Source of the DNA: a virus
Strand: one strand, 5' to 3'
Length of the DNA: 7,085 nt
IMG/VR virus record: IMGVR_UViG_3300038335_000079
Coordinates: 1-7,085 of that record
The position numbers and the translations under genes were made by a program. A model generated the notes under the pieces. That model saw nothing but the letters and a program-made list of their open reading frames with translations, had not been told where the DNA came from and searched no databases. The number at the start of each line of letters is the position of its first letter. Position 1 is the stretch's first letter. This document shows positions 1 to 5,209 of this stretch, piece after piece.

Positions 1-98
1 GTCACGATATCGGTAACATCCACGGCAGCCGATGCGAGGCCAGCAGCGAGCGACAGACCGCCAGCGACGGCGGATTGGTACAGGGTCTTAACTTTCAT
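1..98 (-). CDS. 5' portion of the major coat protein gene; redundant copy of 6959-7056 created by the overlap
   Basis: ATG (cat on the plus strand) at 96-98 and downstream codons are identical to the start of the 6856-7056 ORF. The copy is truncated by the window edge. Confidence 0.85.
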   Translation of the reverse strand, partial: MKVKTLYQSAVAGGLSLAAGLASAAVDVTDIV

Positions 99-127
99 TT
101 CTACGACTCCTTTTCATCAGGAAGATT
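1..127. repeat. Terminal direct repeat, copy 1 (identical to 6959-7085); circular-contig overlap
   Basis: Base-by-base comparison by eye shows 1-127 equal to 6959-7085. The offset is 6,958 bp. The length of 127 nt is a common maximum assembler k-mer. Confidence 0.95.
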
Positions 128-340
128 GCCAACTCGGGCGAGCTGGCGAACGATATAACCGAGGCACCAGACCGCGAGAATCGCCCCGCTGATCTGCCCG
201 GCTTCTTCACTGGACAGGATGAACGGCGACGCCGACACCTCGTCCGGTGTTACGACGACCAACCCGCACCCCATCACCTCGACAGGCTGCGGATCGGCCA
301 GCAGCAAGTAGCCCGACGAATCGACTACTACGCACTGCAT
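101..340 (-). CDS. 79-aa small protein with a C-terminal hydrophobic helix; candidate minor virion/assembly protein in the pVII/pIX slot
   Basis: ORF lies between the ssDNA-binding gene and the coat gene. Its ATG is 3 nt after the upstream TAA, and its TAG is 2 nt before the coat ATG. Hydrophobic segment GQISGAILAVWCLGYIV. No family is recognised from the sequence. Confidence 0.55.
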   Translation of the reverse strand: MQCVVVDSSGYLLLADPQPVEVMGCGLVVVTPDEVSASPFILSSEEAGQISGAILAVWCLGYIVRQLARVGNLPDEKES

Positions 341-343
341 TTT

Positions 344-637
344 TTACGCTGCCTTCGGCTGAGCCTGGACACGCTGAGGCAGGATCGAAACAACCCGCGC
401 ACCGACCCGGCGCGTTTCGCGCTCGACCATCAATTCAAGGTTCATCACGTACATCCCCGGCTGAAAGTGCTGCGTGTTTTGCAGGAAGGCTTCGCAGAAC
501 GCACGCTCACCGCTCGGGAGAAGAACCGTCCCTTCAACGATGGTGTAAGTCTTGGTGGTGTCTTTCTTGCCGTTGATGTTGCGATACTTGAACAGATCGA
601 ACGGGAGAGCGATAACGCCGGGTTTTTCGTTTTGCAT
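344..637 (-). CDS. ssDNA-binding protein, gV-like (97 aa)
   Basis: Sits immediately downstream of Rep, as in most inoviruses. RBS TAAGGA lies 6 nt before the ATG. Size is about 90-100 aa. The C-terminal segment QPGMYVMNLELMV...ARVVSILP resembles the Ff gV segment APGLYTVHLSSFKV...DRLRLVP as I recall it. Confidence 0.6.
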   Translation of the reverse strand: MQNEKPGVIALPFDLFKYRNINGKKDTTKTYTIVEGTVLLPSGERAFCEAFLQNTQHFQPGMYVMNLELMVERETRRVGARVVSILPQRVQAQPKAA

Positions 638-653
638 GTCAATTCCTTACGGC

Positions 654-1679
654 TCAGAGAAAGACCGGTTGCGGTGAGCCTGTAGCCGCTGCCGGGAAAA
701 ATTTGTTCCACTGCTTCCATTGGTAGGTTTCAAGGCGATGCGCCTTTTCCAATGCCATGAATTCGTGTGGTTTGGCCTCGCGGCACCAGTCCGGCGCACG
801 CACAGTCGTATAGGTCTCCTCAGATTCCCGTGCAGCGAGGAGCGCCGCGACTTTGCCGACGAGCCGTTTCGGGAGTTCCGGCCTGTAGATGCGCGCGAGC
901 GCACCCCCCAGGTCGCCGCCGTTGAGCGTAAGCAGCATATGCAGACACCGGCCCGCTTGCTTCTGTGCGTGCGCAACCGCTTTTTCGATGGCCGCTGCCG
1001 TCGAATAGGCCACCGTGCGCACGACGCTTTGCACTGGCGAAAGATCAGCGAGGCAGGCATACGCGCCCGCAAGGTATGAACCCGGTTCCCGGAGAATTTC
1101 GACAGGGATTTCCCGATGAACGGCCCGATACTCGACCTCACACCGGAACCACGGAGAATTGGGGTCTTTCTGTTCCTTACCCTTTTCGTAGCCGCGAAAG
1201 AGCTTCCCCGACTCACGCGAGCCAACGTAGAACGTGCAGCCCTTGCCGCTGCCCATATCATCAACGAGTTGCGCTTTCGGCATCGCACCACGGGAAGGCT
1301 TGAAGCCATTTGCTTCGTACTGTGCTTTGCACCAGTCGATTGACCAGTACGCGCCCTCAAAGTCATCCGCTGCAACGTCAGCCCGTGTGATTTTCGCGTG
1401 GCGATCCTCGATAAGCTGCGCGACCGATTCCCAATCTTTGATCTGACGACAACCATCGCCGGTAATCGAAACATGCACCGTATTTTCGTTGCCACCGAAC
1501 GCCGCGAAGCCGCCCGCGAAATCCAGACACACGGCGTAACCGAAACGGCCCCTACCCTTATCCTCGACGGTAACGTCTCCGAACCACTCCGCGAGGAGCC
1601 ATTCGACCCACTTCTGGACGGGTGCGCCCGGTTCGAGCTTGAACGTTACCGACAGGAAGTCGATGAAGGCTGTGTTCAT
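654..1679 (-). CDS. Rolling-circle replication initiation protein (Rep_trans / RstA-like family), 341 aa
   Basis: Motif pattern typical of the family: N-terminal IDFLSVTF, HVSITGDGC, ITRADVAADDF, TFYVGSRESGKLFRGYEKGKEQ and WFRCEVEYR. The start overlaps the upstream ORF stop as ATGA at 1676-1679. Confidence 0.88.
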   Translation of the reverse strand: MNTAFIDFLSVTFKLEPGAPVQKWVEWLLAEWFGDVTVEDKGRGRFGYAVCLDFAGGFAAFGGNENTVHVSITGDGCRQIKDWESVAQLIEDRHAKITRADVAADDFEGAYWSIDWCKAQYEANGFKPSRGAMPKAQLVDDMGSGKGCTFYVGSRESGKLFRGYEKGKEQKDPNSPWFRCEVEYRAVHREIPVEILREPGSYLAGAYACLADLSPVQSVVRTVAYSTAAAIEKAVAHAQKQAGRCLHMLLTLNGGDLGGALARIYRPELPKRLVGKVAALLAARESEETYTTVRAPDWCREAKPHEFMALEKAHRLETYQWKQWNKFFPAAATGSPQPVFL

Positions 1680-1948
1680 TTGACCGGCACCACATCCGAA
1701 TTGATGGGCAGGCCAGCGAGCAGCCGTTTAGCATCCTCGACGCACCAATCACAAGCGCAAAGCTGCCCGCCGCAAGCCGAGCAGGTCAGTTCCTCGTTGT
1801 GTGCTGAAAGCTGCAATTCCGGCGTACGGTAGGACGCAACGTGCAGGCAATCTTGACAGAGCGCCAGATAACGGGTGCCCCCCGCGACCGCTTGCGCGGC
1901 CGGGAAGTGCGAGGGGCAAAGATCAGAAGCAGAATTTTTTTCAAGCAT
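1676..1948 (-). CDS. Cys-rich 90-aa protein (zinc-ribbon-like CxxC...CxxC), unknown function; first gene of the early operon
   Basis: RBS GGGAGA lies 6 nt upstream of the ATG at 1948. There is an ATGA stop/start overlap with Rep. Eight Cys are present: C31xxC34, C56xxC59, C64xC66xxC69 and C11. Confidence 0.7.
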   Translation of the reverse strand: MLEKNSASDLCPSHFPAAQAVAGGTRYLALCQDCLHVASYRTPELQLSAHNEELTCSACGGQLCACDWCVEDAKRLLAGLPINSDVVPVK

Positions 1949-2003
1949 GGCAGTTCTCCCAAACCGTTATTTGAAAGTGCCCGACAGCCCGGACTCCGAA
2001 TTA

Positions 2004-2029
2004 CCCCCGTATTACTGGACGGGGGTTTT
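2004..2029. other. 7-bp GC-rich hairpin (CCCCCGT / ACGGGGG, 8-nt loop) followed by TTTT on the plus strand
   Basis: Left arm 2004-2010, right arm 2019-2025, TTTT 2026-2029. It abuts the first operator-like palindrome. Confidence 0.5.
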
Positions 2030-2096
2030 GTCAGTGCGCGACTGACGGAACGGATTGTCAGTCACGGACTGACAATTTGTCAAGCGGTCGCTGACG
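2029..2096. promoter_or_regulatory. Three operator-like palindromes, TGTCAGT-N5-ACTGACA
   Basis: O1 2029-2047 is TGTCAGT GCGCG ACTGACg. O2 2055-2075 is tTGTCAGT CACGG ACTGACAa, with perfect 8-bp arms. O3 2078-2096 is TGTCAag CGGTC gCTGACg, degenerate. Centres are 27 and 22 bp apart. All lie between divergent genes. Confidence 0.6.
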
Positions 2097-2105
2097 ATTT
2101 ATGTT
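2077..2105 (+). promoter_or_regulatory. Sigma70-like promoter for the repressor gene
   Basis: -35 TTGTCA at 2077-2082, 17-nt spacer, -10 TATGTT at 2100-2105. It lies about 15 nt upstream of RBS GGAGGA (2121-2126) and overlaps O3. Confidence 0.45.
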
Positions 2106-2132
2106 GAACTGCCGAATATTGGAGGACGAATC

Positions 2133-2555
2133 GTGAAGCCGATCCGGTTATACATGGACGAGGCCGCAGACCGCGGACTGGTCAAGAACGACAGCGATAT
2201 CGCAGCGAAACTAGCCGTGACGCGCCAGTCCGTCAGTGCGTGGCGAAAGGGCGAGGCGAACCCCGACCCGGATCAAGCCGCAGCACTAGCCGCTCTACTC
2301 GGCAAGCCCGAGGTGATGGCCGAGTGCATGGCCGCACGCGCAAAGCGCCCCGATACCCGCGCAATGTGGGAGAAGGCAGCGCACACATTGAGCATGACAG
2401 TATCATTCGCTGCCGCTGCCGTTGTCAGTTTGTTATTGACACCCTCGCCCGCAGAAGCCGCACAAGGCTTGGGATGTGCCGCCATGCTGATGTGTATTAT
2501 GTTAAGTCCAGCAGGTATTCAGGATTTTCGATTTAATGCATGCCGCATACGCTGA
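2133..2555 (+). CDS. HTH (Xre/Cro-CI-like) transcriptional repressor candidate with a hydrophobic C-terminal tail, 140 aa, GTG start
   Basis: Strong RBS GGAGGA lies 6 nt before the GTG at 2133. HTH-like segment SDIAAKLAVTRQSVSAWRKGEANP. The gene is divergent from the early/replication operon. The C-terminal part is hydrophobic (TLSMTVSFAAAAVVSLLLTP, LGCAAMLMCIML). Confidence 0.8.
   Translation: MKPIRLYMDEAADRGLVKNDSDIAAKLAVTRQSVSAWRKGEANPDPDQAAALAALLGKPEVMAECMAARAKRPDTRAMWEKAAHTLSMTVSFAAAAVVSLLLTPSPAEAAQGLGCAAMLMCIMLSPAGIQDFRFNACRIR
2480..2507. other. dif-like site (candidate XerC/D attP): degenerate left arm, central TGTGTA, right arm TTATGTTAAGT
   Basis: Compared with E. coli dif GGTGCGCATAA-TGTATA-TTATGTTAAAT, the right (XerD) arm at 2497-2507 matches 10/11. 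The central region at 2491-2496 matches 5/6. The left arm at 2480-2490 matches only about 3/11. It forms a sharp AT-rich island inside a GC-rich ORF. Confidence 0.45.
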
Positions 2556-2624
2556 CGGGCTTGCTGGTTGCGTGGTTGAGCTAGAACACGGCAGACCGCA
2601 TGCAGATGGAACGGATCGACACCA

Positions 2625-2646
2625 AGCGCCGAGAGGCGTTTTTTTT
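2625..2646 (+). terminator. Rho-independent terminator candidate downstream of the repressor gene
   Basis: Short stem aGCGCC / GGCGtt with a GAGA tetraloop (2631-2634), followed by a T8 run (2639-2646), 70 nt after the stop. The stem is short, so it is probably weak. Confidence 0.5.
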
Positions 2647-2994
2647 CGTCCGCAATGCGACGGTGCCAGGTGCGTGCAGTCGGATGTGATCCCGGACGGG
2701 ATGCGCGGAGAAACCAATAGAGATGGCGAAGTTCAGAAGACCAATCTGGGAGCATTAGAACAAACAGAAACGGACTGAAAAAAAGCGTCTGATTATATTC
2801 GATGGCGTTGAATATGTCCGTGCATCGAAGATTTGGCATGACAAACGTCCCCGATCACGGCTCCGATAACAAACCGTGCTTCACAGTTAAATAGAGCCGC
2901 AAGCGGCTAGAGGCGCTCGGCGCGCGCCCTTTGTCGATCTGCGCCACTAATCCGCCCTCCCGATCATCTGCCTTCGCCCCCTTCGTTTTGTTGT

Positions 2995-3068
2995 CCCATG
3001 TTGTCGCCTATCAATCAAGAGTGAAGTGAACGACGGGGTCGCCCTTGATTGAGAGTCGCCAACATGGG
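2995..3068. repeat. Long imperfect inverted repeat / hairpin (25-nt arms, 22/25 complementary, 24-nt loop)
   Basis: Left arm 2995-3019 is cccatgttgtcgcctatcaatcaag. Right arm 3044-3068 is cttgattgagagtcgccaacatggg. The loop holds a small cgac-ggg-gtcg sub-stem. It sits in the largest non-coding region. Confidence 0.85.
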
Positions 3069-3184
3069 CCAAGTCACTACGGCGACGAACTCAGATGAAC
3101 GGAAGGACTAAGCAGTAGAGGTGCAGATCGAAAACCCTAAACGATCGGCTCCGAATCTAGATGCCCGGTAAGGAGAAAAAAACC

Positions 3185-3454
3185 ATGATCCCCGCTAAAT
3201 TACGCCGCTCCGCTGAATTTCTTGCACGCCAGCTCACGCTAGCACTAGACGACATGACCGGCAGGCTGGGTGTAAAAATGAAGAAGGCCCCGGCCCCAAT
3301 GAAGGAAGCAGAAGACTTGATTAAACGCGCTCTGCGTCTGATCGACCGTGCAAGCAAAGACGGCGCATACTCAACTGGACTAATGTTGAGAAGCCAGTGC
3401 AAACAATTTTTCGGAACCGCAGAACTATGGAAGATCGGAACGGCACTTTGTTGA
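3185..3454 (+). CDS. Hypothetical 89-aa soluble, probably helical protein (accessory gene A)
   Basis: RBS AAGGAG at 3170-3175 lies 9 nt before the ATG at 3185. The upstream in-frame ATG at 3161 precedes the RBS and is disfavoured. The gene is on the opposite strand to the structural operon. Local GC is lower. No recognisable motifs. Confidence 0.62.
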   Translation: MIPAKLRRSAEFLARQLTLALDDMTGRLGVKMKKAPAPMKEAEDLIKRALRLIDRASKDGAYSTGLMLRSQCKQFFGTAELWKIGTALC

Positions 3455-3489
3455 TCGAAACGCACCCATCAAAATCGAAAGGAATTTAT

Positions 3490-3735
3490 ATGACCCCCCA
3501 AAAAATTCAGATGTTCGCAGGCATCATCCGTAACGCCCGAAACCAAGGACAGGCGAAAGCACTAGCGGCAGTGGCTTGGGGCTATGTATACGCAGCGCGA
3601 GACATGGAGAAGCTAAGCGAGGAAAACGAAAAAGTTTCGCTTGAAATGATCAGCGATGCACTCGCCGACCGACTGAAAACGAAACGAGACGGATGGCTGA
3701 CAAAGCCGCTCCCACGTCATGAACTAGGAATCTGA
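3490..3735 (+). CDS. Hypothetical 81-aa soluble, probably helical protein (accessory gene B)
   Basis: RBS GAAAGGA at 3477-3483 lies 6 nt before the ATG at 3490, 35 nt after gene A's stop. The longer 3397 start would overlap gene A and has no RBS. No recognisable motifs. Confidence 0.62.
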   Translation: MTPQKIQMFAGIIRNARNQGQAKALAAVAWGYVYAARDMEKLSEENEKVSLEMISDALADRLKTKRDGWLTKPLPRHELGI

Positions 3736-3740
3736 AATCA

Positions 3741-4856
3741 TCAAGAGGCAGGCGGAATACCTGCCCACCCTTTCGGGACGCCCCCCCACGTCGATGCGGT
3801 ACTACCCTGTTGCGCCTGCTGATGTTCGTACCGTGCTGGCGCAGTCTGGACACTACCCTGAACTGGCGAGTGCGACTGAATCGGGCTATTGCCCTTGTTG
3901 CCCGACGTATCCCACGCCACGAAATAGCCCGTTTCCGCGATCTGGCGGCATAGATCCTCCGGCGTCGAAAGTCGCGTGCCCTGCTGGGTATAGCACACAC
4001 ACTTAGACGCACTGGAAACACATGCCGCCGGGAATGGTGCCGTCGTCGGTTCGGTGACAGCATCGAAAACCGGCGCCGTGTGCGGCAGGCCCGCAATACG
4101 CGGCTGTTGCTCTTTCAGCCATTCCGCTGTCGTCTTGTGCTGCTTCCCACCACCCGCCGCTGCACGCTGGAAACCCCCTTTCTGCCCAGGTGCGGCCTGT
4201 TCCGTTGCTGCTGCCGGTGACTCGATATGTCCGGCGTCCTTCCACCACATCACGGCACCCACCACGCACACAATGCCGACGACCGGAAGTGCCCAAAGTA
4301 AATGCACCTTCCACGGCAGTTTGCGCTTATGGGTATGGACAGTTGCCGACTTGTAGGAGCCGATAATCTCCTTCGGATAAACGAAGGTATCCCGGATCGA
4401 GTCCGCCCGACTTTTATCGCACTGCTCTTTCGTCTGCTGCCACTTGTGCGCGGTCGAGACTTCCGACCCGAACATCCGAACCATATGGACGTGTTCGCCC
4501 GCGAGCCGACGAACGTTCGAATCGATCAGCATAGGGTGCTGAGTAACAAAATAAAGGTCGAGACCCTTGTGCCGGTGCGTTTCCATCTCGGCAACGTGGC
4601 GAGGTACAGACGAGCCGTTCCCACGTGGCCGGTAAAGACCCTGAGCCTCATCATGCACCAATATCGATCCATCCGGCAGATCGGGCCATTTAGCCGGATC
4701 ATCAAGCAGTTCCCAACCCGGAAACAGCTCCGGCTTCAAAAGCTCAATCCCGGAATAGAACACGCGCCGATCTTCGTCAATCGCCCGCTGACGGACTTTC
4801 GTAAGCGTGTAAAGCGTTTTGCCAGCCCCCGGAAGGCCAGTGTGAAGGTAGATCAT
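3741..4856 (-). CDS. Zot-like / pI-like phage assembly NTPase, 371 aa
   Basis: N-terminal Walker A GLPGAGKT and Walker B ILVHDEAQ. Central TM helix LLWALPVVGIVCVVGAVMWW, followed by a C-terminal domain. ATGA overlap with the upstream pVI-like gene. Canonical position in the gene order. Confidence 0.93.
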   Translation of the reverse strand: MIYLHTGLPGAGKTLYTLTKVRQRAIDEDRRVFYSGIELLKPELFPGWELLDDPAKWPDLPDGSILVHDEAQGLYRPRGNGSSVPRHVAEMETHRHKGLDLYFVTQHPMLIDSNVRRLAGEHVHMVRMFGSEVSTAHKWQQTKEQCDKSRADSIRDTFVYPKEIIGSYKSATVHTHKRKLPWKVHLLWALPVVGIVCVVGAVMWWKDAGHIESPAAATEQAAPGQKGGFQRAAAGGGKQHKTTAEWLKEQQPRIAGLPHTAPVFDAVTEPTTAPFPAACVSSASKCVCYTQQGTRLSTPEDLCRQIAETGYFVAWDTSGNKGNSPIQSHSPVQGSVQTAPARYEHQQAQQGSTASTWGGVPKGWAGIPPAS

Positions 4857-5200
4857 GACGCCCCCTGCAACCGCCCGAGCATCACGCGGAACCCCTTGAC
4901 GCTGGCAATGGCCAGATGACCGGAGATAGTGATATTGATTGCATCAAACAGCCCGATATACGCAGCCATTCGCATCAACCGACCGGCAATGCCCGTGCCC
5001 GAACCGCCGAGACCACTCAGCAACCCCATAGCCATTTGCATATCCGCGACGAGGAACCCGACCACCGTCTGAAATCCCTTAATGCTGATGAACGCAAGCC
5101 CCGCAGCCGCGAGCATCGACCCGGCTCGACTGGCAAGCGCCGCAGTGATGCCCGAAATAATCGACCCGATCAGAGTCGCACCGATAAGTGGAAGCGCCAT
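4853..5200 (-). CDS. pVI-like minor coat / membrane protein, 115 aa
   Basis: Highly hydrophobic and Gly/Ala-rich with several predicted TM segments. Size and position (between the pIII-like and pI-like genes) match gVI-type proteins. RBS AAGGGG lies 5 nt upstream and overlaps the preceding stop. Confidence 0.7.
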   Translation of the reverse strand: MALPLIGATLIGSIISGITAALASRAGSMLAAAGLAFISIKGFQTVVGFLVADMQMAMGLLSGLGGSGTGIAGRLMRMAAYIGLFDAINITISGHLAIASVKGFRVMLGRLQGAS

Positions 5201-5209
5201 ATCTGCCCC

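Noticed and set aside
1-127. Terminal 127-bp repeats read as biological features (att sites, LTR-like repeats or a duplicated coat gene)
   Set aside because: The repeat is exact, cuts through two ORFs, and restores a continuous canonical gene order when the ends are joined. Its length equals a common assembler k-mer. It is best explained as a circular-assembly overlap.
647-1495. 282-aa ORF (and 445-720, 720-1079, 965-1303, 1116-1343, 1234-1446, 1398-1832, 1558-1752) overlapping the rep and ssDNA-binding genes in other frames
   Set aside because: These are Arg/Ser/Pro/Cys-rich, low-complexity translations typical of off-frame ORFs in GC-rich DNA. They lie entirely inside genes with clear family motifs and have no RBS context.
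1841-2107. 88-aa plus-strand ORF spanning the divergent regulatory region
   Set aside because: It covers the operators, the hairpin and the promoter, and is antisense to the Cys-rich gene start. It has no RBS and is Arg-rich.
2229-2242. 9-nt match (TCAGTGCG plus flank) to operator O1 inside the repressor coding region
   Set aside because: It is a single half-site without a dyad partner, and short enough to occur by chance.
2240-2717. ORFs 2240-2536 (+), 2273-2485 (-) and 2502-2717 (-) overlapping the repressor gene and its downstream region
   Set aside because: These are alternative frames of a gene with a good RBS and HTH motif. Their compositions are not protein-like.
2536-2778. 80-aa plus-strand ORF starting inside the repressor 3' end
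   Set aside because: No RBS is present. It reads through the hairpin and T8 terminator. Third-position GC is about 50% by hand count, so there is no coding signal, and there are no motifs.
2519-2839. 106-aa minus-strand ORF with a GGGGA motif 8 nt upstream. Its segment LRH-x19-WHRRIAD superficially resembles the RH...GH spacing of the tyrosine recombinase C-terminus.
   Set aside because: No catalytic Tyr follows at the expected distance. The composition is very basic (Arg/His-rich). It reads antisense through the repressor terminator and overlaps the repressor 3' end. My hand count of third-position GC was about 48%, showing no coding bias. It is most likely non-coding, and an integrase remnant cannot be supported.
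3161-3184. Upstream ATG at 3161 as the start of accessory gene A, and ATG at 3397 as the start of gene B
   Set aside because: The AAGGAG RBS lies inside the 3161 extension and is correctly spaced for the ATG at 3185. The 3397 start lacks an RBS and would overlap gene A by 58 nt, whereas 3490 has GAAAGGA 6 nt upstream.
3650-4919. ORFs 3650-4096, 3794-4006, 4003-4314, 4054-4356 and 4302-4919 overlapping the Zot-like gene
   Set aside because: They are nested within or antisense to a gene with unambiguous Walker A/B motifs and a TM helix. Their composition is Arg/Cys/Pro-rich.
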